Shown: piece after piece, positions 27,020 to 37,682 of the stretch | Layout of the letters: every line of letters begins with the position of its first letter | How positions within the stretch are numbered: position 1 is the stretch's first letter | Origin: an uncultured Mycoplasmatota bacterium | Lineage (GTDB): Bacteria > Bacillota_I > Bacilli_A > RF39 > UBA660 | Direction of reading: 5' to 3' | Assembly: GCA_947576095.1 (NCBI GenBank) | Contig: CANPPW010000002.1 | Coordinates: 3,776 to 67,775 of the forward strand | Length of the DNA: 64,000 nt | The notes under the pieces: generated by a model | Databases searched by the model: none | The model's input: only the letters and a program-made list of their open reading frames with translations | What the model was told of the DNA's origin: nothing | Position numbers and translations under genes: made by a program

Positions 27020-27637
27020 ATGAAAAAAATACTCACAATTATTATGGCGATCATTTTTTTATCGGGGTGTACAATTGTTAGAATTGATACAGAGAACATT
27101 GATAACATAGTAAATGTTGTTTTATCAAAACCCAATCGCCTATACAATAGAATAGGCAAAGGATATAAATATTATGTGCCAAGAGGAGTTACTTATATTG
27201 ATACAGATGAGATGAATGAAAAATTGTATTCAAATGGGATTTATTATTATTTGTATGTGGACGCTATTAGCTATTTTTATAAAAAAGATACAGATTATAA
27301 AGAAAATAAAAAATCTTACTACTCTAGAAAAATTAATAAGAATGGTAAAAAGGGATATTTAGAAATTAATCAAATTGGAAAGGATAAGTACTTAATTGAA
27401 TTTTTGTATAATTATGCAAAGATAGAAGTAGTTGCACCAGAAAGTGAGATACGAACAATTATCATGAATGCTTCCTACATTTTATCAACAATAAAGTTTA
27501 ATAACAATGTAGTAAAATTAATGCTAAATGATGAATATTTTATCCGAAAAGAGGAAAAATATGATGTGTTTAGCACAAAAAAACAAAACAATTACTTTCT
27601 AGAATATGTAGAAAAAAGTACAGAGGAAAATAAGTAG
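27020..27637 (+). CDS. Lipoprotein, hypothetical
   Basis: Signal peptide with lipobox FLSGC. Confidence 0.55.
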   Translation: MKKILTIIMAIIFLSGCTIVRIDTENIDNIVNVVLSKPNRLYNRIGKGYKYYVPRGVTYIDTDEMNEKLYSNGIYYYLYVDAISYFYKKDTDYKENKKSYYSRKINKNGKKGYLEINQIGKDKYLIEFLYNYAKIEVVAPESEIRTIIMNASYILSTIKFNNNVVKLMLNDEYFIRKEEKYDVFSTKKQNNYFLEYVEKSTEENK

Positions 27638-27648
27638 AGGTGAAAAAA

Positions 27649-28455
27649 ATGGGATTAATGAGTAAATTCAAAAATATGTTCACAGAAGAAATAGAAGAAG
27701 AACCAATCAAAAAAGAGGTAATTCAGGTTGAAATACCAGCTCCATCCAAAACAGATAAGGAAAAAGCGGTTGATTTTGTAGACTCTTTAGTACAAATAAA
27801 GGAAGATCCGAAGATGGAAGTAGAAGAGGCATTGCCAAAGGATAAAAAGGAAGAGAAGTTTACATTTCCAGTTTTCTTTGATGATAAAGATTTTGATACA
27901 TTAGAAAAACCAAAAAGAGAAACACGATCAGAAAAGAAAGTGGAACCTTATGGAGGTGCTAAAACACTTGATACACCAAAAGAAAAACCACATGTGTTTA
28001 AGCCTACACCAGTAATATCTCCAATCTATGGAGTATTAGATAAAAACTATAAGAAGGAAGATATTACAAATCGGAGTGAAAATACAGAAGCTTATAAAGA
28101 AAATCATTCTGTAAATGTTGATGATATTCGTAATAAAGCGTATGGAACATTAGAGGATGATTTAGAAAATACACTTTTACATAATGACTTTTATGAAGGG
28201 CCAACACTTTATAAATCAGAAAAAGATATGTTCTCTGAATTTGATTTATTAGAGGATCCCGTTGTAACAAAATCAGAAGAGGATCCTATGAATTTTGATT
28301 TTCCTAAATTAGAGAAAGAACAAAGTCATTTAGAAAAAGAAGAGAATAGAAATGATGAAATTGTGATTCCAACGTTTGAACAAGATGAAGATGTAAAAAA
28401 GGAAACGGATGATTTATTTGATTTAATTGACTCTATGTATGAGAAAGGGGAATAA
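27649..28455 (+). CDS. Acidic (Glu/Asp/Lys-rich) hypothetical protein
   Basis: GAGGTGA RBS 4 nt before ATG 27649. Highly charged low-complexity protein. Confidence 0.45.
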   Translation: MGLMSKFKNMFTEEIEEEPIKKEVIQVEIPAPSKTDKEKAVDFVDSLVQIKEDPKMEVEEALPKDKKEEKFTFPVFFDDKDFDTLEKPKRETRSEKKVEPYGGAKTLDTPKEKPHVFKPTPVISPIYGVLDKNYKKEDITNRSENTEAYKENHSVNVDDIRNKAYGTLEDDLENTLLHNDFYEGPTLYKSEKDMFSEFDLLEDPVVTKSEEDPMNFDFPKLEKEQSHLEKEENRNDEIVIPTFEQDEDVKKETDDLFDLIDSMYEKGE

Positions 28456-28457
28456 AA

Positions 28458-28739
28458 ATGTGGTGTCTGGAACAAACATTGCCAGTCATAATTTATATGT
28501 TACTGATTATACTATTAATGGTTTTAATCATTTTCGTAGTCAAAGCGAACTATTTAATAAGCAAAATAGATAAGTTAGTGGACCATGTAAATGAACGAGT
28601 AAATAGTTTAGATAACTTATTTAGTATGATTGATAATGTTACGGATGGTTTTGCATCTATCAGCAACCGAATTACTAGTATTTTAACAATGGGGGTTCGT
28701 CATTTATTTAAAAAGAAAGAGGATGATACGCATGAGTAA
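28458..28739 (+). CDS. DUF948-family membrane protein
   Basis: N-terminal TM then KLVDHVNERVNSLDNLFSMIDNVTDGF, typical of DUF948. Confidence 0.6.
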   Translation: MWCLEQTLPVIIYMLLIILLMVLIIFVVKANYLISKIDKLVDHVNERVNSLDNLFSMIDNVTDGFASISNRITSILTMGVRHLFKKKEDDTHE

Positions 28740-29139
28740 AAAAAGAAAAAGTGGTACTGGAAAATTTATAATTGGTGCTTTAGCAGGACTAGGGATGGGT
28801 ATTTTATTTGCCCCTAAAAAAGGTGCAGATACTAGAGCTGATGTAAAAGAAAAATTAGAGGATTTAATAAGTAAGGTAAAAGAAATAGATGCAAAAGAAA
28901 TAAAAGAACAAATTGAAGTAAAAATTGAAGAATTAAAAATGGATTTAGAAGATCTAGACAAAGAAAAAGTATTAGAAATTGCAAAGAAAAAAGCCAAACA
29001 AATACAAGATAAAGCTGAGGAAATAGTAGATTTGGCAATTGAGAAAGGAACACCTGTTTTAGAAAAAGCAGCAAGTTCTGTTAGAGAAAAAGCAATTATT
29101 ATGACAAAAGATGTACTGAAAAAATTAGAATCAAAATAA
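28732..29139 (+). CDS. YtxH-like protein
   Basis: KFIIGALAGLGMGILFAPKKGADTRADVKEKLEDL is YtxH-family. The DUF948-YtxH pairing is conserved. Confidence 0.6.
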   Translation: MSKKRKSGTGKFIIGALAGLGMGILFAPKKGADTRADVKEKLEDLISKVKEIDAKEIKEQIEVKIEELKMDLEDLDKEKVLEIAKKKAKQIQDKAEEIVDLAIEKGTPVLEKAASSVREKAIIMTKDVLKKLESK

Positions 29140-29279
29140 TATGTTCTCATTTCAAATAATAAATAAGTCATTTTGAAAACTTATTTATTTTTTATTTTCA
29201 AAAATTCAAATATAATATGTCATTTGAAAATTGCTGAAAAATATGGTACACTAGTAATGATTTAAAAAGAGGTGTTGTT

Positions 29280-29582
29280 ATGGATCTAGTTATTTTAATT
29301 GTTTTGTTAATGGTTGTGGTATTAGCATTTAAAAAATTCAGTAGTTTTGTTTACTGTATGGTAATTATAGATTTATTTTTACGGATTCTAACACTCATTA
29401 GAATCAATTTAGCTATTCCTGAACTTACGCATTTAATTGTAAAATATATACCTGAGTCTATTCCTGCGATTTTAGCAAAATATTCATCTGGGATTTTTTA
29501 TACAGTTCTTATGTGGGGGTATATTATTTTATATATTATATTTGAATGGTATATTATTCGAACATTTTTAAAGAAGAAGTAG
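29280..29582 (+). CDS. Small membrane protein, hypothetical
   Basis: GAGGTG RBS. Three hydrophobic segments. Confidence 0.4.
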   Translation: MDLVILIVLLMVVVLAFKKFSSFVYCMVIIDLFLRILTLIRINLAIPELTHLIVKYIPESIPAILAKYSSGIFYTVLMWGYIILYIIFEWYIIRTFLKKK

Positions 29583-29588
29583 TTATGT

Positions 29589-29735
29589 ATGAAAAAGTTG
29601 TTTACAAAGATTTTAATAGATGTTTTTCTAATTATTATAGCTATTTTCTCATTTCGAGAAAGTAGTTTTATATTTTGTGGAATAGGTATTATTTATTTAG
29701 GTATTATTTTATATCGGTATTATAATAAAAAATAA
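29589..29735 (+). CDS. Very small membrane protein (48 aa), hypothetical; below the ORF-track length cutoff
   Basis: ATG 29589 to TAA 29733. MKKLFTKILIDVFLIIIAIFSF...GIGIIYLGIILY has two hydrophobic helices. Confidence 0.3.
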   Translation: MKKLFTKILIDVFLIIIAIFSFRESSFIFCGIGIIYLGIILYRYYNKK

Positions 29736-29814
29736 AAAAGTATGTAAGAAACAAATATGTTTCTTTTTCTTTACAAACAAATGTTTGAGATGCTATAATA
29801 AATGTGGTGAGAAT

Positions 29815-30369
29815 ATGTATGAATATATAAAAGGTATTGTAGTAGCAGTCGATAGCAATGCTATAATATTAGAAGTAGCGGGAATCGGGTACTGTATTTT
29901 TACAGCTAGTCCTTATTCTTTTGAAATAGGAATTGAGTATAAATTATATGTATATCAACATGTGAGAGAAGATGAAATAAGTCTTTATGGTTTTAAAACA
30001 AAGGAAGAGAAGGATCTATTTTTAAAACTTACTTCCGTAAAAGGATTAGGATGTAAAATGGCTCTTCCTATTTTGGCTTCTAATGTATCAGGTGTAATAG
30101 ATGCAATTGAAAGGGAAAATATTTTATATTTAAAAAAATTTCCTAAAATTGGTGATAAAGTTGCAAGGCAGATCATATTAGATTTAAAGGGAAAATTGGT
30201 AGAGCCAAATCAGAATGTAAATACTTTAGACTCTTTTTCAGAACTGACATTGGCATTAAATAGTTTAGGATATAAGAGTGCCGATATTAAAAAGATTTTG
30301 CCAAATATTCAGGTTGATTTAGATATACAAACCCAAATAAAAGAAGCCTTGAAATTATTATTGAAGTAG
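29815..30369 (+). CDS. ruvA: Holliday junction DNA helicase RuvA
   Basis: MYEYIKGIVV... N-terminus, LTSVKGLGCKMAL HhH. GGTGAG RBS. Confidence 0.88.
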   Translation: MYEYIKGIVVAVDSNAIILEVAGIGYCIFTASPYSFEIGIEYKLYVYQHVREDEISLYGFKTKEEKDLFLKLTSVKGLGCKMALPILASNVSGVIDAIERENILYLKKFPKIGDKVARQIILDLKGKLVEPNQNVNTLDSFSELTLALNSLGYKSADIKKILPNIQVDLDIQTQIKEALKLLLK

Positions 30370-30411
30370 TTATGTATAAAATATTGATTAGATAGATGGA
30401 GAGGAAATCAT

Positions 30412-31416
30412 ATGGATGATAGAATTGTAACAAAAGAAAAGTTAATAGATGATGAAGATTTAGCACTTCGCCCAGAAACACTTTGTGAATATATTGGTCA
30501 AAAGGAAGTAAAGGAAAATTTAGATGTTTTTATAAAAGCTGCTAAAATGAGGGATGAATCTTTGGATCATGTTCTTTTATATGGTCCACCAGGACTTGGA
30601 AAAACAACACTATCTTATATTATAGCGAACGAGATGGGAAGTCATATTAAAACAGCTAGTGGACCTTCTATTGAAAAAAGTGGTGATTTAGCCTCACTTT
30701 TATCAACACTTGAACCAGGGGATGTTTTATTTATTGATGAAATTCATAGAATTCCCCGATTTATAGAGGAAATTCTATATCCTGCAATGGAAGATTTTGT
30801 GTTAGATATTATAGTAGGCAGTGATGCAACGTCACGAAATATTCGTATTGATTTACCACCTTTTACCCTTGTAGGAGCAACCACAAGAGCTGGCGATTTA
30901 ACATCCCCCTTGCGTGATCGATTTGGTATTATCTCTAAACTAAATTATTATACAGTAGAAGAACTTACTCAGATTGTCAAAAGAACATCTAAAGTTTTAG
31001 AATGTAAGATTACTGATGATGCTGCAAATGAACTAGCAACACGTAGTCGAGGAACACCCAGAATTGCTAATCGTCTTTTGAAAAGGGTTCGTGATTTTGC
31101 ACTTGTTATGGGAAATGGTATGATTGATTTATCAATTACAAAGCTTGCTTTAGATAAATTAAAAGTAGATAGTTTAGGTCTTGATGATACAGATTATAAT
31201 TTATTAAAAGCTATTATTGAAAGATTTAATGGGGGACCTGTTGGAATTGAAGCACTAGCGTCATCCATTGGTGAGGAGCAAACAACAATTGAAGATGTGT
31301 ATGAGCCATATTTGTTACAAACGGGTCTTCTAAAAAGGACCTCGAGAGGAAGAGTGGTAACGAAACAGGCCTATGATCATTTACAGATCCCTTATCCAAA
31401 TAAATTAGAATCATAA
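30412..31416 (+). CDS. ruvB: Holliday junction DNA helicase RuvB
   Basis: [27 protein letters not shown] motifs. Confidence 0.95.
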   Translation: MDDRIVTKEKLIDDEDLALRPETLCEYIGQKEVKENLDVFIKAAKMRDESLDHVLLYGPPGLGKTTLSYIIANEMGSHIKTASGPSIEKSGDLASLLSTLEPGDVLFIDEIHRIPRFIEEILYPAMEDFVLDIIVGSDATSRNIRIDLPPFTLVGATTRAGDLTSPLRDRFGIISKLNYYTVEELTQIVKRTSKVLECKITDDAANELATRSRGTPRIANRLLKRVRDFALVMGNGMIDLSITKLALDKLKVDSLGLDDTDYNLLKAIIERFNGGPVGIEALASSIGEEQTTIEDVYEPYLLQTGLLKRTSRGRVVTKQAYDHLQIPYPNKLES

Positions 31417-31499
31417 AATTTATCCAAAATAAAAATTATTATTGCACGAAATGATTTATATGATATAATAAATACTACCTTTAAGGAGGAATGTAGTAA

Positions 31500-32294
31500 G
31501 TGAAAACAAGTGAAAAGGTTGGTTTTTTAAAACCAAATAATGAAATAGATTATATGCCATATTATGATATGTTTGAATATTGCAAAATGAAAGTGGAACA
31601 GTATATATCACTAAATTCTTGTAATAGAATAAAGTTTGAGAATTTTAAAAGTGAATATACCTATTTTCCACCATATTTGGATTTTGTAATTTTTGAAATG
31701 GGATATATCCAAATCCAGCCATTTTTACAAGAAGGGTATTATGGATATGGATTAGATGATTCTTATTATATAACCCAAGCAGATAGTCCTGATTATCAGA
31801 AAATTCGTAATAGTAATGGTGCCTTTTATTTTTTAAGAGGGAATGATTCAAATTATCAAATTAACGCTGGAAGTATTGTTGAGAATGGTATGATTGATAT
31901 AAATGGAAATATTTTACATTTATTTTCTGATGGCGATATAGATTCAAATGCTTGGGGGCATCCAGGGCTTTCCTGTATGGTAATTAATCAGTATATATCT
32001 AGATATAAACAAATTTATGAAGCCTATAAACAATATTTGGATGAAACAAATGTGAATATGTATACAATGTTTTTAGTTAGTAATTTAGCTTTTGGGCAAG
32101 TTTCAACTAGAAGAAGTCATAGTTGTGTTATATTAAACCCCAATTGCTTTACCAAATCACAAATTCAGTCTGCCTATGCTATTCAGGAATATTATGGTTC
32201 CTCAATTTTACCATGTGGCAGTAAAGATGAACAGAATAAAAAAAACACCAAAAAATTAATTTATACGATTTGGGGTGACAAAATTGAAAACTGA
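31500..32294 (+). CDS. Hypothetical protein inserted between ruvB and queA (GTG start)
   Basis: GGAGGAA RBS 8 nt before GTG 31500. Tyr/Asn-rich, no known motif. Confidence 0.5.
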   Translation: MKTSEKVGFLKPNNEIDYMPYYDMFEYCKMKVEQYISLNSCNRIKFENFKSEYTYFPPYLDFVIFEMGYIQIQPFLQEGYYGYGLDDSYYITQADSPDYQKIRNSNGAFYFLRGNDSNYQINAGSIVENGMIDINGNILHLFSDGDIDSNAWGHPGLSCMVINQYISRYKQIYEAYKQYLDETNVNMYTMFLVSNLAFGQVSTRRSHSCVILNPNCFTKSQIQSAYAIQEYYGSSILPCGSKDEQNKKNTKKLIYTIWGDKIEN

Positions 32295-33309
32295 TGATTT
32301 TGACTATGATTTACCTGAAGCGTTAATTGCCCAGACGCCCCTAGTAGAAAGGGATGCTTCAAAATTATTAGTGTTAGATAAAGGTACAGGTGAAATAGAA
32401 CATAAGAATTTTAGTGATATTATAAACTATTTGCATAATGGTGATGTTTTAGTTTTAAATGATACAAAAGTAATACCTGCTAGACTTTATGGTATCAAGG
32501 AGGAAACAGGAGCCTTTATTGAAATATTGATGTTAAAAAATCGAGGCGATGATGTATGGCAGTGTTTAGCGAAACCAGCTAAAAGAATTCAAGTAGGAAC
32601 TGTTATTACTTTTGGTGAAGGTAAGTTAAAGGCAAAGTGTGTTGAAGTAAAAGAAGATGGAATCCGTTTTTTTAAATTATTATATGAAGGAATTTTATAT
32701 GAGATTTTAGATGAATTAGGTGAGATGCCACTTCCTCCTTATATACATGAAAAATTAGAAGAAAAGAATCGTTATCAGACTATTTATGCTAAAAATAGTG
32801 GAAGTGCTGCAGCACCCACTGCAGGTTTACATTTTACTAGAAATTTACTAGAAAAGTTGGAACAAAAAGGAGTGGAAATTTATTATATTACACTTCATGT
32901 AGGGCTTGGAACTTTTAGACCTGTAAATGTTCAGGATGTTACCAAACATAAGATGCATAGTGAATTTTTTAGCATGAGTGATATAGTAGCAAATGCTCTT
33001 AATAAAGCGAAACGTGAAAAAAGAAAAATTATAAGCGTTGGAACTACAACTACCAGAACGCTTGAAACTATTATGACTCAATATGGGCAATTTAAGGGAT
33101 GTTCTGGATGGACAGATATTTTCATTTATCCAGGTTATACTTTTAAGGCAGTCGATCAATTAATTACCAATTTTCATTTGCCTAAATCGACTTTAATAAT
33201 GCTCGTAAGTGCTCTTGCAGGAAAAGAAAAAATTATGCATGCTTATAGAGAAGCTGTAATGCATCAGTATCGCTTTTTTTCTTTTGGGGACTCCATGTTT
33301 ATTAAATGA
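32284..33309 (+). CDS. queA: S-adenosylmethionine:tRNA ribosyltransferase-isomerase
   Basis: TTG start gives [19 protein letters not shown], matching the QueA N-terminus consensus. GGGGTGA RBS. Confidence 0.88.
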   Translation: MKTDDFDYDLPEALIAQTPLVERDASKLLVLDKGTGEIEHKNFSDIINYLHNGDVLVLNDTKVIPARLYGIKEETGAFIEILMLKNRGDDVWQCLAKPAKRIQVGTVITFGEGKLKAKCVEVKEDGIRFFKLLYEGILYEILDELGEMPLPPYIHEKLEEKNRYQTIYAKNSGSAAAPTAGLHFTRNLLEKLEQKGVEIYYITLHVGLGTFRPVNVQDVTKHKMHSEFFSMSDIVANALNKAKREKRKIISVGTTTTRTLETIMTQYGQFKGCSGWTDIFIYPGYTFKAVDQLITNFHLPKSTLIMLVSALAGKEKIMHAYREAVMHQYRFFSFGDSMFIK

Positions 33310-33398
33310 TCATTTAATATCTGTTTTTTAAATTGTATGGGACATTATCAAATGAGGAATATTAAAAATTCTAAACGTAATGAATGATTGTTAGACTT

Positions 33399-33440
33399 AC
33401 AAAAATTATGGAATAAATTTTAGTCCATAATTTTTTGTTT
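33399..33440 (+). terminator. Rho-independent terminator after queA
   Basis: ACAAAAATTATGG-N13-CCATAATTTTT(T)GT followed by T run. Confidence 0.5.
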
Positions 33441-33546
33441 AAATTTTTTTAATAATAGAATGAACAAAATAGATTGCTTCCACTCAAGAATTTTAAAGAA
33501 CTTTATCTTATTATAAATTCATGATATACTCATATTAGGTGAAGAT

Positions 33547-35238
33547 ATGAAAAAGGTAAGTAAAATTATAATATCCATTATGATATTAGGTTGTGTTTTT
33601 TTATTCTGTGTTTTGGGAATACCCTTTTTGCTTAGACATTTGGGAGAAAATTATACAACTGGTTATGTGGCAAGTGATCAATTATCAGCAGTTTTATATG
33701 ATGAAAACTATCAACAAAAAGGTACTCTTATAAGAGGAACAAAAGTTCAAATCAGTACTAAACAATATAATCATGACAATGAAATTTATAAAAAAATATC
33801 GATGAATGGAGAAAAATATTACATGAAAGAAAATTCTCTTACAAGAGAGAAGAGTGATATTGTAAAAGAAAAAGAAATCTATGTAAGAACCCCCGCAGTC
33901 ATTTATTATCACCAAGATACACCAGATATTTTAGTATCAGCAAAAAAAGGAGATGCCTTAAAGATTTTAGGATACAATACTTTATTAAAAGATGGGCAAG
34001 TTGATATGTATAAAGTCCAGTATGACAAAAATAAAACAGGATATATTTATGCCAAGTATACTGTAAGAAATAAAGAGGATGCTCTTTTACCATATAACGA
34101 AAATGGAATTTATGATATTCATAAGGAAAGAGGGGATCAATTTGGTGGGGGAAGTGCTGCCAATTTGGATTATTATAAAGAAGATAAAATAAAGATTCCT
34201 GAAAATGAGATGCCCAAAGAGGCAAGAACGATTTATATTAATGCAACATCTATTAAAAAAATGGAAGATTATATTGTATTTGCCAAACAAAATAATATCA
34301 ATGCTTTTGTAATTGACGTAAAAGAAAATACAATTCCAGCTTATCCATCAGAAGTTATGCAGGATTTATCCCTTAGTAATTATAAAAAAGCAGTCAATAC
34401 AAAGGAAGAATATAAAGTACAAATTCAAAAAGCAAAGGATGCAGGAATCTATATTATAGGTAGAATTACAACATTTAAAGATCAATATTATGCACTAGAT
34501 CATGAAGAGGATGGTATTTTAGATACGAGAACAGGAAAATTATTTGCACATAATCATTCATATTGGCCAAGTCCCTATAGTAGAAATGTATGGGAATATA
34601 ATGTTAAGATAGCTCTAGAAGCAGTGAAAGAATTTGGTTTTCATGAAATTCAATTTGACTATATACGTTTTCCAGATCGTGTATCACAACTTGAGGAAAG
34701 TGGTGTAATCGATTTACGTAATATATATCAAGAAGATAAAGCATCTGCAATTCAGCAATTTTTAATGTACGCTAGAGATGAGTTACATAAAGTAGGTGCT
34801 TATATATCTGCTGATGTATTTGGAGAAGCTGCAAATCAGTATGTAACTGCATATGGGCAGTACTGGCCTGCTATATCAAATGTCGTAGATGTGATTAGTG
34901 CGATGCCATACCCAGACCATTTTAATAAATATGAATTTGGGTTTGAAAAGCCTGTTTGGACCATTCCTTACGAACTTTTAAAAACATGGGGAACCAATTA
35001 TGCTGCAGTTCGGCAAAGTGAAACACCATCTCCTGCGATTGTGAGGACATGGATTCAAGCCTATAATACTATTGCAGAACCTTATATTGTCTATGATACA
35101 TCTAAAATATCAGACCAGATTAAAGGACTTTATGAATCTGGTCTTACAGGAGGCTATATTACATGGAATTCAGGTTCGAGTATAGATAAATATAAACAAA
35201 TTGCTAAAGCTTTTCAAAAGGAGTATATACATGAATAA
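33547..35238 (+). CDS. Secreted putative glycoside hydrolase-like TIM-barrel protein (GHL/DUF4015-type) with N-terminal SH3-like region
   Basis: Signal anchor. RTIYINATSIKKMEDYIVFAKQNNINAFVIDVKEN ... YIIGRITTFKD pattern of GH-like family. Confidence 0.55.
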   Translation: MKKVSKIIISIMILGCVFLFCVLGIPFLLRHLGENYTTGYVASDQLSAVLYDENYQQKGTLIRGTKVQISTKQYNHDNEIYKKISMNGEKYYMKENSLTREKSDIVKEKEIYVRTPAVIYYHQDTPDILVSAKKGDALKILGYNTLLKDGQVDMYKVQYDKNKTGYIYAKYTVRNKEDALLPYNENGIYDIHKERGDQFGGGSAANLDYYKEDKIKIPENEMPKEARTIYINATSIKKMEDYIVFAKQNNINAFVIDVKENTIPAYPSEVMQDLSLSNYKKAVNTKEEYKVQIQKAKDAGIYIIGRITTFKDQYYALDHEEDGILDTRTGKLFAHNHSYWPSPYSRNVWEYNVKIALEAVKEFGFHEIQFDYIRFPDRVSQLEESGVIDLRNIYQEDKASAIQQFLMYARDELHKVGAYISADVFGEAANQYVTAYGQYWPAISNVVDVISAMPYPDHFNKYEFGFEKPVWTIPYELLKTWGTNYAAVRQSETPSPAIVRTWIQAYNTIAEPYIVYDTSKISDQIKGLYESGLTGGYITWNSGSSIDKYKQIAKAFQKEYIHE

Positions 35239-35527
35239 AATAGTTTACATAGAAGATAAGAAATATAGATTAAAAAAGGATTATAAAAATGCTTTTTCAA
35301 AAGAAGAATTAGATGCAAAATGGACCGATTATTTTGAGCCTTATGATTATATTGTTGGAGATTATGCTTATGATAAATTAAGACTGAAAGGTTTTTGTAA
35401 AAAGGAAAATGTTAAGTTTAATGATATAAATACTAAAGATAAAATAAAAAATTACCTAAAAGAGGATTGTGCCTATGAATGTAAGTATTTTATTTTAGAA
35501 AAAGAGAATTCAAAGGAAATGATTTGA
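35231..35527 (+). CDS. yutD: YutD-family protein (DUF1027)
   Basis: YRLKKDYKNAFSKEELDAKWTDYFEPYDYIVGDYAYDKLRLKGF. AAAGGAG RBS. Confidence 0.6.
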   Translation: MNKIVYIEDKKYRLKKDYKNAFSKEELDAKWTDYFEPYDYIVGDYAYDKLRLKGFCKKENVKFNDINTKDKIKNYLKEDCAYECKYFILEKENSKEMI

Positions 35528-35660
35528 ATTTTTTTATACCGTAAAAATAGATCTATCATATAATTGATTATGAAAATATAGATCATTTGTCTCTTTTTCT
35601 TTTTAAATAGGTAGTTTATCTTAATTTCATAAAATTACCATAGAAAAAAACTAGAATTAA

Positions 35661-35669
35661 TGATATAAT
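35661..35669 (+). promoter_or_regulatory. Extended -10 promoter (TGATATAAT) for prfB
   Basis: TGnTATAAT 20 nt upstream of GGAGG RBS of prfB ORF1. Confidence 0.5.
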
Positions 35670-35689
35670 ATTGTATGATTGGAGGCTAG

Positions 35690-36791
35690 ATGATGCAGAT
35701 AAATGAGCTTTTAAACAAATATTTAAAAGATTTAGAGATTATAGATACTCTTTGGAGGTCTCTTTGACTTTCCATCTAAAGAGAAAGAAATAGAGTCCTT
35801 AGAAAAAATAATGGCATCTCCATCCTTTTGGAATGATAAAAAAGAAAGTGGAAATGTACTATCTAAAATCAATCGTTTAAAAGGTGAAGTCAATCAAATT
35901 AGTGTTTTAAAAAAAAGTATTGAAGACTATATAGAAACACTTAATTTGTTAAAAGAAGAATATGTAGAGGAAATGAAAGTTTGGATTGAAGAGGAATATG
36001 AGGATATTCACAATCTGGTTATAGAAGTGCAGACCTTACTTTTGTTAAATGATTCTTATGATACTCATGATGCAATTATTGAAATACATTCGGGAGCTGG
36101 AGGGACAGAATCGTGTGATTGGGCTTTTATGCTTGCAAGAATGTATCAAAGGTATGCGGAAAAAAAAGGATATAAAGTTGAAAAAATAAGTGAATTACCA
36201 GGCGAAGAAGTTGGATATAAATCAATTTCTATGATTGTTCATGGAGAATATAGTTATGGATATTTAAAAAACGAAAAAGGTGTTCATAGACTTATTCGAC
36301 TTTCTCCTTTTGATTCTGGGAATCGTAGACATACTTCCTTTGCATCGGTAGAAGTGACTCCTGTATTTGAAAATGATGATATAGATATAGATATTCTTGA
36401 ATCTGACTTACGAATTGATGTATATAGAAGTAGTGGTCATGGTGGACAAGGTGTGAATACAACAGATAGTGCTGTTCGTATTACTCATTTACCTACTAAG
36501 ATTGTAGTAACTTGTCAAAATGAGAGAAGTCAAATTAAAAACAAAGAAACAGCTATGAATGTACTAAAAAGTAAACTTTATGAATTAGAATTGGAAAAGC
36601 GAGAAGCGAATTTAAAAGCCATAAAAGGAAGTCATATGGAAACTTCTTTTGGCTCACAAATTCGAAGTTATGTGATGCATCCATACTCTATGGTTAAGGA
36701 TCATAGAACTTTGCTTGAAAATAGCAATGTGGAAAAAGTACTCGATGGAGGATTAGAAGAATTTATTGAAGCCAATTTAAAAAGGGGGTGA
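35690..36791 (+). CDS. prfB: Peptide chain release factor 2, requiring a programmed +1 ribosomal frameshift at 35765
   Basis: ORF1 MMQINELLNKYLKDLEIIDTLWRSL ends at in-frame TGA 35765-35767. +1 frame continues DFPSKEKEIESLEKIMASPSFW... with SPF and GGQ motifs. Shifty CTT TGA C with internal SD GGAGG 3 nt upstream. Confidence 0.88.
35754..35768 (+). promoter_or_regulatory. prfB autoregulatory +1 frameshift site (internal SD GGAGG - TCT - CTT TGA C)
   Basis: Matches the E. coli AGGGGG-TAT-CTT-TGA-C architecture. Confidence 0.85.
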
Positions 36792-36795
36792 AAAA

Positions 36796-37674
36796 GTGTT
36801 CTTTCATAAAAAAGTCAATGCTGAAGACATTATAAAGAGTGTTTATAAAACGAATCGCTTACAAAGATATGCCTCTTTTTTATTAGGAATATTTATAGTG
36901 GCTGTAGCTTATAATCTTTTTGTTCTTCCATCTGATGTTGTATATGGAGTTGGTGGAATTGCAGTAATGGCTAAAAAAATTTGTGGAGCTTCTCCTTTTA
37001 TTGTTATTTTAGGAAGTTCTATCTTATTGCTTTTATTAAGCTATTCTTTTTTAGGAAGTAAGAAAACAACAACTTCTATAGTTGGATCTCTATTATATCC
37101 AATATTTGTGAAACTTACAGAATTTATACCAGAATATATCAAGCTTGAAAATGCTGATCCTCTTTTGATTGTAGTAGTTGGAGCGGTGGCAACTGGATTT
37201 GGTTTAGGACTGATTTTTAAATCAGGATTTACAACTGGGGGAACTGATATATTAAATCAAATGGTTTCAAAATATGGAAAAATGTCAATTGGAAGTGCAA
37301 TGCTTTTTACGGATGGTCTTATTATTATATTAAGTGGTTTTATCTTTGGTATTATGAAAGTCATTTATTCTTTAATCTCACTTTATATTATTAGTATTAT
37401 GTCCGATAAGGTAATTATTGGGATCTCTCAGTCAAAAGCTTTTTATGTTATTACAGACCATGAAACAGATGTGAAAAAATTTGTATTAGATCATCTTTCT
37501 CATGGTGTCACAATATTTGATGTAAAAGGTGGATATACAGGGAATCATCAGAAAATGATTATGTTTATAGTTCCCACAAAAGAATATTATTTAGTTAAAG
37601 AAAGTATTATGAAAATAGATCCCAAAGCGTTTTTTGTTGTAACCGATGCCTATGAGGTGTCTGGAGGAGAGTAG
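36796..37674 (+). CDS. YitT-family membrane protein (DUF161 + C-terminal DUF2179)
   Basis: Multiple TM helices. C-terminal VTIFDVKGGYTG...FFVVTDAYEVSGG. GTG start as in ORF track. Confidence 0.65.
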   Translation: MFFHKKVNAEDIIKSVYKTNRLQRYASFLLGIFIVAVAYNLFVLPSDVVYGVGGIAVMAKKICGASPFIVILGSSILLLLLSYSFLGSKKTTTSIVGSLLYPIFVKLTEFIPEYIKLENADPLLIVVVGAVATGFGLGLIFKSGFTTGGTDILNQMVSKYGKMSIGSAMLFTDGLIIILSGFIFGIMKVIYSLISLYIISIMSDKVIIGISQSKAFYVITDHETDVKKFVLDHLSHGVTIFDVKGGYTGNHQKMIMFIVPTKEYYLVKESIMKIDPKAFFVVTDAYEVSGGE

Positions 37675-37682
37675 GTGTAAGT

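Noticed and set aside
28704-29171. 155-aa and 80-aa minus ORFs
   Set aside because: Antisense to the YtxH-like gene, whose product has a recognisable family signature.
33694-34290. Three minus ORFs inside the GH-like gene
   Set aside because: Antisense. Phe/Ile/Leu-rich artefacts.
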